Shown one piece after another: positions 26,561-39,198 of a stretch of 64,000 nt of DNA. The position numbers were made by a program, and so were the translations under genes. Source of the DNA: Eledone cirrhosa (Eukaryota). Where the stretch lies: assembly GCA_964016885.1 (NCBI GenBank), contig OZ024741.1, positions 394,940,001 to 395,004,000 on the forward strand, written 5' to 3'. Every line of letters begins with the position of its first letter. Positions within the stretch are counted from its first letter, which is position 1. The notes below the pieces were generated by a model. It saw only the letters and a list, made by a program, of their open reading frames with translations, had not been told where the DNA came from and made no database searches.

Positions 26561-27882
26561 GACCTTAATGGGGCAACCACAGGGCAACCACAGCATAATT
26601 AAATCTGTCTTATGCCAACCAGAGAACTGCTTATTTTTAAAAATTTGGTTCTTGCTGATTCAAAAAGTTGTGGTCGTCCAGCTGGAACTGACTAGCTTGA
26701 TTTCTATAGTGTGGCTAAACAGTGGTCAATACCTGTTGGTTATTCAATATATTTAAACAGCTGTTATATTACATCAAATATGATGCTGATGATGATGATT
26801 AACCCCCCTCCCCCTCCTCACACACACAAACACACATGCTAACAAGTGGTGTACAATTTCAGGAAATTTTGATATTTGCTTACTATTGAAGCAATTATGT
26901 TTACTGCTGGTTGTTGCTGAAAACTAAACTGACGTAAACCATTTATGTTCCTTTCTCAGGACCAAAAACCAGTTCAAGTACTGTCCATCCATCTGGGGGT
27001 ATACATGCACTCCTGCATCCAAAGAATGCTGTCCATGTGATAGGCAAAGTTTTATTTGCCAACCTTCTTCAAATACTTACATTCAAGCTATATATATATT
27101 TTTTTCTATCATCATTACAACCATCATCTCTGATGATCTTTCCTGGACATTTCCCATACACACCATAACTAAAACTGCATCTCAAAGACTTGACATTTGC
27201 TTCAGGGTCAGAGAATACTTTAGTTGTTCATGAAACTCAAGTAAGATCCACACAAACACTCTAGGACCAAATCCAAAAGAATGCCATTTAATTGATTTGC
27301 AATGACTTGCTCACAATTTAACATACAGTCTCTGGCCTACAGATATACTGGTTCCTTTCTATCACTTCTATTCCTATTACAACAACTTTTGTTCCTCTGA
27401 ACATAGCTAGCTGCTTATCTTCTCTACCATGACCTACCAGATACACCTATTTTTCCCCTTTTATCGCCCCTATTATTTCTCACTCCACACGATGTATGTT
27501 AACTACTTTTCCCCAATCCTTCCTCTTCAGAAAGTCAAGCCTCTGGAAATTCATCTAAATTTTCTTAAAAATATTAACTACAACATGAATTGTATCAATT
27601 TCACCAATCTTGGAAAGCTTGCAAAGCTCATGGGCAATGATCCTTCTTCCTAATTGAGTCATGAAAAAATCACTTAGAAAGCAACTACATAGTGGCTCGT
27701 TCTACACAATATAAGGGTCTACTCTTTCAACAAACTTCTGCTTTTAAAAAAAATTATAGATTTTCTCAAACAAAACTATTATAGCAATTATATTTTATAC
27801 CACTAGCATGGGCTAGTTGAAATTTTTTGATTGGAAAATTGTTTAAATTATTCTATTCTTTTACTTAATTTTTCACTTCTAG

Positions 27883-28049
27883 CAACGGAATAGTGATATG
27901 ACTGTCATAGCTTTCTTGATTTTTCCAACTCGTACAAATAATTATAATGTTGAATCACTACGTGGGCAAGCAATAGCAAAACAATTGCAAGATACATCTT
28001 CTTACGTCATTCACCAAGTTGGGCGCAGGCTGCTGGAGACATGTATGCG
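27883..28049 (+). CDS. Gys: Glycogen synthase exon (QRNSDMTVIAFLIFPTRTNNYNVESLRGQAIAKQLQDTSSYVIHQVGRRLLETCMR)
   Basis: TAG acceptor and GTAAG donor; TNNxNVESLRGQA motif; 167 nt. Confidence 0.95.
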
Positions 28050-28947
28050 GTAAGTTTCCACTTGTTTTAACATTTTTTTCTAATGATCCTCAAAAGAGGA
28101 AATAAAACAAATATTCCAACAATATGTCATAGGCACAGAAACATTGATTTGTTTTTAAAAAAGTGTATGTCTTAATAACAGCATATACTTATTGTTGCCA
28201 TTTAACCTCAGGTCAACTCTAATCAAATAAATTTGTGATCTTATTTATAACATCAAATTTTTTTCTATCAGAGGCAACATTATTCAATATATCCTACTAT
28301 ATCTATCATAGAATGTATTTAAGCAGGTGTGATTTGAAGGAGATTTAACTGCTTTTCATATCAGGTCAAGTGACCACACTACCACATTATCTTAAGAAAA
28401 TAGTGTTTCTAAATAGTGCAGAAATATTAAAGTAGGTAAATGAAATTAATTAGTTGAAAAGGTCTGTGTCTCCTCAAAGTACCCAATCAACACAATCTAG
28501 GCTAGTTATGTTATGTTATCACTAAACTTCATCTAGCAAGGGTTTACGTCTATTGAATTAATATGCTATTGCCTTTCTAAGTGTGTAGTTCCCATCTAAT
28601 ATGCATTATATAATTTCCAATAACCCAAATAGTATCTAATTTTAAACTAATATATATGTGTAGATAATATGAGATAAGTATTATCTTTATGGAATGCAAA
28701 AGTAAAATTATTTTCACAAAGATACTGAGTTTATGTTTATATATTTGTCTGTCAGTTTCAACATATATATATATTAAATGTGCCAGTACTATTCTGCAAG
28801 TTTCCTTCTCTAATTTAAAATGTATGATATTTCATATAGTAATGTATATCTTAAATTTTCTACTTTAATTTAGCATAATTATATACATGAAATACAAATG
28901 TATATTTGGAGTTTTATTTTTTTATTTTTTTTTATTTTCTGATACAG

Positions 28948-29026
28948 TGGAAATATTCCTAAAGGAAGTGATATTTTACTTGAAGAAGATATTGTCAAAT
29001 TAAAAAGATGTATCTACAGTGCACAG
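28948..29026 (+). CDS. Gys: Glycogen synthase exon (GNIPKGSDILLEEDIVKLKRCIYSAQ)
   Basis: CAG acceptor and GTAAAG donor; phase 2 matches the upstream exon; 79 nt. Confidence 0.93.
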
Positions 29027-29696
29027 GTAAAGATTTATACTTTTTAAAATATCTAACTAAATTTTCTTATTTATCTGAGAATTATTTCAATGACAAATAC
29101 AGACAGTTGTATATTAACTGCAAGGCATTAACTGCAACCTTATTACAATACACACACACACATTGAAAAAAATTAGAGGTTAGAAAATTTAAGATTTCTG
29201 TACAAATTATATGATATAGGAAAAATAAAAATAAGAGTTGAAGATGTACCTAATGCTTTTTATATATACATGCAAATTTAAAGTATACAACAGAAATAAA
29301 TTAGTTAATACAAAATAATTTATAGTTTTTTTTTTAAAGTGGGTTTTACAGAAATAATCATGGTTATCTAATTTGTTTCATTTTCAAGGTTACATTTATG
29401 TTGGTGTTGTGTATTTTTAACTCATGTCACATCCTACTCATGTCCTTTCTAAGTCAAGGGATGCAACACTAGCATAAATGTAACCTTGAAAATGAAACTT
29501 TGAAAAGCCACCAATAGCTTGAACCAGTCACTATGACAACAAATTAGATAACCATGATAATCCTACCTTTTTTGAAAAAATATAATATATTTTCTATTAA
29601 CTAATTCCTGTTGGTTGTTTACTGAAAATTTACGTGTACATATAAATAAAACGTTAGCTGCATTTTCATTTCTATTATATATATATATATTTATAT

Positions 29697-30717
29697 ATAT
29701 GAAAAAGAGAATTGGCTGTGTCGTTGTTAGATAAGGTATGCTTAAAAATAATAATAAGAAGAAAGCAAGTAACGGGAGAAGTTTTCCTCATCAGTTGTCT
29801 GCTGAGGGTCTCGGATATTTCTACGCATTAAAGACAAGATATCTACCCCCAGTGCGTTCAATAACTAGGTAAGTTATTGGGAAAATGAAGGAGGGAGGGA
29901 AAGAAAATATAGGGAAAAACAGCGAAAAAAGCGAAAAAAAAAAAAAAAAAAAAAAAAAAGGGGAAACAAACCGAAGAGAGAAAATTCAAGTCCACGACGA
30001 TTAATAGATTGTGCGGACGAGCAAAAAGACACGTCTGACCCCTGCAAGTGTGAGTGAGAAAAGGACTGCTAGAGGGTCAGGCAAGGGAAACAATGAGGTG
30101 GCTAGCAGAGAGGGGGTGAGTGAAAGTGAGAGGGAGAGAAAGAAAGAGAGGGAAGAGTAGATAGCAACAAAATAAGTAGAAGGAGAGAGAAGACGGGTCA
30201 CAGCAAAACATGATAAAATATATGAAGAAGAGAATTGGCTGTGTAGTTGCTAGATAAGGTATGCTTAAAAATAATAATAATAATAAGAAGAAAGCAAGAA
30301 CGGGAGAAGTTTTCCTCATCAGTTGTCTGCTGAGGGTCTCGTGGGTAGATATCTTGTCTTTAATGCGTAGCAATATCCGAGACCCCCAGCAGACAACTGA
30401 TGAGGAAAACTTCTCCCGTTCTTGCTTTTTTCTTATTCTTATATATTTTTTTTATATATATTTTTCTTATTCTTATATATTTTTTTTATATATTCTTATA
30501 TATTCTTATATATTTTTTTTTTTTTCGCTTTTTTCGCTGTTTTTCCCTTTTCCCTATATTTTCTTTCCCTCCCTCCTTCATTTTCCCAATAACTTACCTA
30601 GTTATTGAACGCACTGGGGGTAGATATCTTGTCTTTAATGCGTAGAAATATCCGAGACCCTCAGCAGACAACTGATGAGGAAAACTTCTCCCGTTACTTG
30701 CTTTCTTCTTATTATTC
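29697..30717. repeat. Composite direct-plus-inverted repeat (about 525 bp tandem unit plus two inverted copies), PLE-pLTR-like
   Basis: 29697-29812 recurs at 30220-30341. Reverse complements lie at 30342-30440 and 30520-30717. Each copy carries CTGATGAG. Confidence 0.8.
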
Positions 30718-32712
30718 AAAGATATGAAGACGGGTAAGGCGGCTGGGCCTTCGGAAATAGTTGCTGAGATGCTGAAGGCATCTGGTTCGGTGGGACACAC
30801 CATGGTCACCCGGATAGTTAACCAAGTCGTACAGAATGGGGTTGTTCCGAAGGAATGGCGTAGCAGCATCATCGTTAACTGCTATAAGGGAAAAGGAGAT
30901 GCCCTAGATAGGAGTAACTATAGAGGCATTAAATTAATCGACCAGGTCATGAAGGTCACGGAAAAAGTAATAGCGCAACTAATCAGAGAGAGAATTGATC
31001 TAGATGAAATGCAGTTCGAGTTTGTGTCAGGCAAAAGTACCACAGACGCTCTTTTCATTGTACGACAACTACAGGAGAAGTACCTAGCTAAAAGTAAACC
31101 CCTATACTTAGCTTTCGTCGACTTGGAGAAAGCCTTCGACAGAGTCCCCCGTTCCATTATCTGGTGGTCTCTTAGAAAACTAGGTGTTGACGAATGGCTT
31201 GTGAGAGCTATACAAGCCATGTATAAAGAAACAGTCAGTAAGGTTAGAATTAACAACGAATATAGTGAAGAGTTTAGCGTAAAAGTTGGTGTCCATCAGG
31301 GCTTTGTTCTTAGCCCCCTACTATTTATTATTGCCCTTCAGGCTATAACAGAGGAGTTCAAGACCGGCTGCCCATGGGAACTCCTATACGCAGATGATCT
31401 AACGCTCATAGCTGAATCAATGACCGAACTAGAGAAGAAATTCCAAACATGGAAGCACGGCCTAGAATCAAAAGGCCTTAAAATTAACCTGGCTAAGACT
31501 AAAGTTCTAGTTTGTAGGAAAGAAAATAAGGCGGCGGTCCCATCTGGGAAATGGCCATGCTCAGTGTGTAGGAAAGGCGTAGGTAGAAACTCCATTTTAT
31601 GTCCCAAATGCAAAGTATGGGTGCATAAAAGATGTAGTGGGATCACAGGTAAGCTAACTAAGAACATAGATTTTACATGTGGCCGGTGCTCTGGTGCAAT
31701 AAGTAGCAGCAAGTGCCCACAAAATACTAGCTCCTTCAACTGCGCAGAGGGTTCTATAGAAATAGTGGACAGCTTCCGTTATCTGGGTGACAAAATCAGC
31801 AGTGGGGGAGGGTGCTCTGAAAGTACAGTAGCTAGAGTCAGAACTGGATGGAAAAAGTTCAGAGAGCTTATACCACTATTAGCCGCTAGAGGGTTCTCCC
31901 TAAAAATGAAAGGCAGGTTATACGATGCCTGCATACGAACAGCAATGCTGCATGGCAGTGAGACCTGGGCATTTTGTGCAGAGGATATACGCAGACTAGT
32001 GAGGAACGAAGCTTGCATGCTCCGCTGAACGGCAAAGCATAAACGAACTAAGGAAAAAATTAGAAATAAGAGGGATCAGATGTTGTTTACTCGAGAGAAG
32101 GCTACGTTGGTACGGTCACGTGATGCGCATGAAAGACGACAGCTGTATAACAAAGTGCAGGGCAATAAAGATAGACGGTAGCCACGGAGTAGGCAGACCC
32201 AGAAAAACATGGGACGAGCTGATAAATTCCGACCTCACACGCTTACACCTCTCCAAGACAATGTCACTGGACCGAGACCTTTGGCGGTACTCAGTAATAG
32301 AGAAGACCCGCCTTACCTAAATACAAAGTAAAAACCTACTACAGTCAGTAGGCATCTCTATCAAAACACACCCCCGTCCCACCACCACCACCCCCACCCC
32401 ATCCACACCACCCCGTTCTATGTAAAGTTATGTTGGTGCCGCGCCATCCAGGCTGAAACAAATGAGATCGTGTAGGTGTCACGACAAAAAACACACAGTC
32501 CACGCTGTAATGTGGCCGTGTAGGCAACACGGTAAAAACCTCCCAGCCCCACACTGTAAATGTGGTTGGTGTTAGGAAGGGCATCCAACTGTAGAAAACC
32601 CGCCAGACAGTCCTATGCGAGCAAGACAACCACTCTTGCCTCAAGTGGGAAAACCCCCGTCCAAACCCATGCAAGCGTGGAACATGGACGCTAAACCTGA
32701 TGATGATGATGA
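30718..32712 (+). mobile_element. 5'-truncated RTE LINE
   Basis: RT ORF 30724-32028 is broken by a small deletion; 3' UTR and (GAT)n tail follow. Confidence 0.95.
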
Positions 32713-32999
32713 TATATAGTGGTAGAACACTGGGAGGTTATATCTGTAGTAATAGACCACTCAGTCAATGCGACGAGTTCGGTAGAAGTTAGTCCCACAA
32801 CAGTTAATTAACCATTGTTGAGGACAATTTGTTTCAACTTGAGTTGCTTCCCCTTGTCAATTAATATTTTTGCACATGACCAATGTTCTTCATATAGCCT
32901 TCCGTTTTCGGCTGCAAACTATTCAGCCGAGCTGAAGATCGGCTAGATGAGACAAACTTTCCTTGACACTGGTTTATTAATTGTTGTAGAACTAACTTT

Positions 33000-33928
33000 A
33001 TATTTTTCGTTTCTGAATTTGTTTAGCAAAATTCTTTATCTGAAATTGTGTGTTGAAACCGATATTGTTATACTTTGGGAGGGTCATGTTGCCAATAAGA
33101 AACACACGCACCAGTTGCTTTCACTTCAATTTATTATAATAAATTTATAAATTTAGGAATTTATAAATTTATAAATTTCTGGTTGGTTGGTTGGTTCCAC
33201 ATGCATAAGATGTACTGAAGGACAATGTAGAGACAAAAATATAAAAAATATAGTGTACATAGGTGAGACAGCCCGTAGTGTAGGGGAACGGATAAATGAA
33301 CACTGGCGAGACCTTCAAGATAGTAAAGAATCATCTGTACTCTACCAACATGCTAAAATAGAACATAAGGGTAAATTAGAGAACATAGAAATAAAAATAG
33401 AATCTACACACAGAAAAGACGCAGTGTTTAGACAAATCACAGAGGCAATAAACATAAAAGAATTACAACCAAAATTAAATAGAAAATATGAGTGGAACAG
33501 CAACATCACAACTTACAATTAAGGACAAAATGAAAACACACACACACATAGAACAAACAACCAACCGGTAACATGTAAATAAACAAATAAATAAACAAAT
33601 ATAAACACACACAGACACCCGGATGTGGCGCATGCGCAGACTGAGCACACAACACACACACAGAAACAAAATGGCGTAGGACAGAACAAAGGAGAGGCAC
33701 AAAAAACAGAAACGAATCCCCAGTCACTGATGAGGTCACAGAATGTGTGACGAAAGAACTTTGACAATACATAAACAACTATCTGGCTGTGGAACCAACC
33801 AACCAACCAGAAATTTATAAATTTATAAATTCCTAAATTTATAAATTTATTATAATAAATTGAAGTGAAAGCAACTGGTGCGTGTGTTTCTTATTGGCAA
33901 CATGACCCTCCCAAAGTATAACAATAAC
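33000..33928 (+). mobile_element. 5'-truncated Penelope-like element: inverted pLTR, GIY-YIG C-terminus, then pLTR with HHR
   Basis: ORF C..C...VYIGETARSVGERINEH..HAKIEH..RQITEAINIKELQPKLNRKYEW at 33200-33522. 33064-33200 is the reverse complement of 33789-33926. Confidence 0.9.
33723..33765 (+). ncRNA. Minimal type I hammerhead ribozyme motif
   Basis: gtca-CTGATGA-g-gtcaca(gaatg)tgtgac-GAAA-gaac-TT-tgac; stem I gtca/tgac, 6-bp stem II, very short stem III. Confidence 0.8.
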
Positions 33929-34654
33929 TTTATATATATATATATATATACTAGCAGTGTATCCCGGCGTTGCACGAGTAAGAACATTGGTAATAGCACC
34001 TCCAATGAGAAACGTTTATTTGTGAGTGCCTGTTAAAAAGTCGCGAAAATATACCAACAGGAAACTTGTTTTATTTGGAGAAAGTTAAGGAGTTGAAAGT
34101 ACAATTTAGCTGTCTACGTGCATTGTTCATAGAAATATTGTTTTCATACTCCTCTGTTTTGGCCTTTTGGAGTAAATGTGAAAGAGAAAGTCACAGGTTA
34201 AATTGACAGAAGGTTCCAGTGTCATAGCAGTAAGGTGTAGGCTACTTAACTCAAAAGTTCATTCGCACTCTTTCCACTAAGTTACTCTTTCTCTCTAGCC
34301 CTCTCGGTGCAGTCCCTTGCGAATTTCTCGCGTAGGCCTGGTGTAGATTTGCACCCGATCCATCTACCCGATGCACATGACCGCTTTGTACGGCTTTTGG
34401 AGGAAGGAGTGACCAGCAGTATGTTGTTCGGTATTATTACGAAAAGGTGTAGCAGAGAATCCGGCGTGAACTAACAGCTTGGGGGGAAACTGCTTACCTC
34501 GAAGATTCATTCGCCATCATTCTTGTCAACGCTCCGTTTACTTGGTATTTGTTGGTCTACAGTTAGATAAATGGCGCACAAAGGGTTAATGTTTATTGGC
34601 AAGCAGTTTTTTGAATAATAAAAGACGGGTTAAAACGACCTACAATGTATTTGG

Positions 34655-34700
<46 letters not shown>

Positions 34701-34877
34701 GTGTGTGTATATATATATACACAGATACATATATATATGTGTGTGTGTGTGTGTGTATGTATGTATATATATATATGTGTGTGTGTGTGTATGTATGTAT
34801 ATATATGTGTGTGTGTGTGTATATACATATATTTTTATGTGTATATTTATATATATATGTATATGTGTATATATATA

Positions 34878-35275
34878 TCATCATCATCATCATCATCATC
34901 GTTTAACGTCCATGTTCCACGCTTGCATGGGTTTGGACGGGAGTTTTCCCACTTGAGGCAAGAGTGGTTGTCATTACTCGCATAGGACTGTCTGGCGGGT
35001 TTTCTACAGTTGGATGCCCTTCCTAACACCAACCACATTTACAGTGTGGGGTTGGGAGGTTTTTACCGTGTTGCCTACACGGCCACATTACAGCGTGGAC
35101 TGTGTGTTTTTTTGTCGTGACACCTACACGATCTCATTTGTTTTGGCCTGGATGTTGTGGCACCAACATAACTTTACATTGAAAGGGGTGGTGTGGATGG
35201 GGTGGGGGTAGCGGGACGGGGGTGTATTTTGTTAGAGATGCCTACTGACTGTAGTAGGTTTTACTTTGCACTTAG
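34878..35275 (-). mobile_element. RTE 3' UTR copy
   Basis: Reverse complement of the RTE 3' UTR with a (CAT)n tail. Confidence 0.85.
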
Positions 35276-35317
35276 ATATATATATGTATATGTGTATATA
35301 TGTGTTTGTATAAGTAT

Positions 35318-37001
35318 ATGGTGGTCTCTTAGAAAACTAGGTGTTGACGAATGGCTTGTGAGAGCTATACAAGCCATGTATAAAGAAACAGTCAGTAAGG
35401 TTAGAATTAACAACGAATATAGTGAAGAGTTTAGCGTAAAAGTTGGTGTCCATCAGGGCTCTGTTCTTAGCCCCCTACTATTTATTATTGCCCTTCAGGC
35501 TATAACAGAGGAGTTCAAGACCGGCTGCCCATGGGAACTCCTATACGCAGATGATCTAACGCTCATAGCTGAATCAATGACCGAACTAGAGAAGAAATTC
35601 CAAACGTGGAAGCACGGCCTAGAATCAAAAGGCCTTAAAATTAACCTGGCTAAGACTAAAGTTCTAGTTTGTAGGAAAGAAAATAAGGTGGCGGTCCCAT
35701 CGGGGAAATGGCCATGCTCAGTGTGTAGGAAAGGCGTAGGTAGAAACTCCATTTTATGTCCCAAATGCAAAGTATGGGTGCATAAAAGATGTAGTGGGAT
35801 CACAGGTAAGCTAACTAAGAACATAGATTTTACATGTGGCCGGTGCTCTGGTGCAATAAGTAGCAGCAAGTGCCCACAAAATACTAGCTCCTTCAACTGC
35901 GCAGAGGGTTCTATAGAAATAGTGGACAGCTTCCGTTATCTGGGTGACAAAATCAGCAGTGGGGGAGGGTGCTCTGAAAGTACAGTAGCTAGAGTCAGAA
36001 CTGGATGGAAAAAGTTCAGAGAGCTTATACCACTATTAGCCGCTAGAGGGTTCTCCCTAAAAATGAAAGGCAGGTTATACGATGCCTGCATACGAACAGC
36101 AATGCTGCATGGCAGTGAGACCTGGGCATTGTGTGCAGAGGATATACGCAGACTAGAGAGGAACGAAGCTTGCATGCTCCGCTGGATGTGCAATAGTAAT
36201 ATACGTGAACGGCAAAGCATAAACGAACTAAGGAAAAAATTAGAAATAAGAGGGATCAGATGTTGTTTACTCGAGAGAAGGCTACGTTGGTACGGTCACG
36301 TGATGCGCATGAAAGACGACAGCTGTATAACAAAGTGCAGGGCAATAAAGATAGACGGTAGCCACGGAGTAGGCAGACCCAGAAAAACATGGGACGAGCT
36401 GATAAATTCCGACCTCACACGCTTACACCTCTCCAAGACAATGTCACTGGACCGAGACCTTTGGCGGTACTCAGTAATAGAGAAGACCCACCTTACCTAA
36501 ATACAAAGTAAAAACCTACTACAGTCAGTAGGCATCTCTATCAAAACACACCCCCGTCCCACCACCTCCACCCCACCCACACCGCCCCTTTCAATGTAAA
36601 GTTATGTTGGTCCCACAACATCCAGGCCGAAACAAATGAGATCGTGTAGGTGTCACGACAAAAAACACACAGTCCACGCTGTAAATGTGGTCGTGTAGGC
36701 AACACGGTAAAAACCTCCCAGCCCCACACTGTAAACGTGGTTGGTGTTAGGAAGGGCATCCAGCTGTAGAAAACCCGCCAGACAGTCCACGCTGTAATGT
36801 GGCCGTGTAGGCAACGCGGTAAAAACCTCCCAGCCCCACACTGTAAATGTGGTTGGTGTTAGGAAGGGCATCCAACTGTAGAAAACCCGCCAGACAGTCC
36901 TATGCGAGCAAGACAACCACTCTTGCCTCAAGTGGGAAAACCCCCGTCCAAACCCATGCAAGCGTGGAACACGGACGCTAAACCTGATGATGATGATGAT
37001 G

Positions 37002-37002
<1 letters not shown>
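35318..37002 (+). mobile_element. 5'-truncated RTE LINE with a duplicated segment in its 3' UTR
   Basis: Open RT C-terminal half to 36500, nearly identical to 31162-32320; about 120 bp UTR duplication; (GAT)n tail. Confidence 0.95.
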
Positions 37003-37033
<31 letters not shown>

Positions 37034-38341
37034 GTATATATATGTGTGTGTATATGTATATATGTATATATCTGTGTGGGTGTGAATGTAGCAAAGATAA
37101 TACGTCAGCAATGACGTGTTCATCAGAATGTCGTTATGTAGACAGTCAGACATACAGACATATTATAAGGGCTCGACGGAGATCGATAACTGGTGCCTAA
37201 CATCCCTTTAACAACAGAAAATTGAAAAATAAAAGCTGCAGTAAATATCTTTAGACCGCAAGGAATATATAAATGCAAGTTTGAAGTCAATCGGAGTAGA
37301 ATTTGTATAGACTTTGTAAAAATGAGGACACACACAGACAACTACAGTTTTATATATATAGATATAGGAAGGGCATCCAGCTAGAAAACCTTTGCCAAAA
37401 ACCCATGACAGTCCCAGTATACAATGTAAACTATAATTTTGTATGCAAGACTAACACTAATTATGTTTGTGCTGCACATCAGGAGTGACTAGATAGCTTT
37501 GTATGAGAACCCCTCAATTGTTATCAAGCAATTACATATTTTCATTCGGATACAGAAAGCTGTTACCAAAAGGCAGCCCAACCAACATTATGCATTTACC
37601 ATATTAAATTTCAGAATTAATGAGTAGATATTCATTTTTTTTTAATACTTTATATTTCCATGTAGAAAATGCTAACTATTCATTCACCTTTTGTAATTAT
37701 CAGTCAACACATAGATTTTGTGTAATCATCAATATTCAAAGAGAGATTAGTAACTATTTACATTATCACTGTACCCTTTCATACCCATGACTTCATACTT
37801 GCCATCTTTCTTACCAACTAAATAGACTCTGTAAAGGAATCCTCTCCTCACTAAATTAACTTTGTAAAATGATTGGTGTTAGGATGGGATTCCAGCCATA
37901 GAAAACTTGCCATACAAAGAGCTGAAAGGACTCTTCAGTTGTATGAAGGAGACAACAATCTCCCTAATACTTGTGCCATTATAAAATGCCTCTAGTACAT
38001 TCTGTAAAATTTTTGGAGACATCCAGGAAGGACATCCAGCTGTAGTAACCTTACTAAAACTTGAATGTATATAAGCTAGGTGTGGCCCCCAACTCATCAG
38101 TAACTTCAATTAAGTACTGACATGGTTTGTCAAACTCATGCCAGTGTGGAAAAGCATACATTAAGTGATGTTGAGGATGTCAAGATTAATGTTGTATACA
38201 TTGATACACAATTCCTAGTTTAACATCAGTTTCTTTTTCTTTTACTATCAGTTGATAATGTCCATTTAATTCCATCACCTAGTTTATAAACAAATATTTG
38301 CAGTTGATATTAAGTTTAATATTTTTACTGATACCTTTCAG

Positions 38342-38455
38342 CGACGTGAATTACCACCAGTATGTACCCATAATGTAATTGATGATGGTAAAGATCAAGT
38401 ACTGAATTCTATTCGTCGCTGTAAATTGTTCAACAATCGTGAAGATAGAGTGAAG
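38342..38455 (+). CDS. Gys: Glycogen synthase exon ([38 protein letters not shown])
   Basis: CAG acceptor and GT donor; PPVCTHN and LFN..DRVK motifs; 114 nt. Confidence 0.95.
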
Positions 38456-39099
38456 GTCTGTATATTTTTACTCATATATAATAGTTTAGGCATCAGAATT
38501 TGAAAGAGTTTAAAATAAATAACTTTTGATCTTTATCATAGAGTACATAAATTAGATGAGTGCAAAGTCCTAAAATGGTGTAACATTTGTGAACTTATTC
38601 CTTCTTTTAATGAAATATAACATTTTTTTCTCACTCTTTTAGTATTTTTTTTTTTTCTAGAACCATAAAATAATATATATATATTATGTAGCAAATTAGT
38701 AGAGCCCTTAGAATGGTAGATATAATGCTTCGGGCTATTTGTTCCAACTCTCTGCACTCAAATCCTAAAAAGTCATTTTTTGCCTTTTATTCTTTCCATT
38801 TGATAAAAAAATACTAGTCCAGTACTGGAGGCAATTCTTCTTCTCTCATTTTTTCTTTCTCACTGGAAGAAATTGGCTGTGTTCAGATCTGGAGAGCGGA
38901 TGGGCTTCGCCAGGTTTAAAGTGCCGAAACAGGTCATATATCACAATGGTGCACCTACGATGCCATCTGGAGTTACAATTCCATGCATACATATATACAT
39001 AATTATGGATAGTATTCCAAAAGGGATTGGGAAATAACCACAGTTAAAAAAGGTACTCAGTATGTTAGTTAAGAATAAACTTATTTGTTTGAGATAGAA

Positions 39100-39198
39100 A
39101 TGACCTATTCAGGACGAGAACTGTTTCATTCATGTGAAATCATCAGAAATGTTATGATGATGTCATATGAATGAAACAGTTCTAGTTCTGTAGGTCAT
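39100..39198. repeat. Short degenerate palindrome with a divergent HHR pair
   Basis: Arms atgacct..gaactgtttcattca..aatcatcag and tgatga..gaatGAAAcagttctag..GTAggtcat; same family as 61230-61366. Confidence 0.75.

Larger units (their letters stand above)
33951..37362 (-). mobile_element. Non-autonomous Helitron containing nested RTE pieces
   Basis: Minus-strand 5' end TCTATATATATAAAACTGTAGTTGTCTGT and 3' end CTCGTGCAACGCCGGG..CTGCTAG both resemble the termini of the 7430-13111 Helitron; A|T target. Confidence 0.8.
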
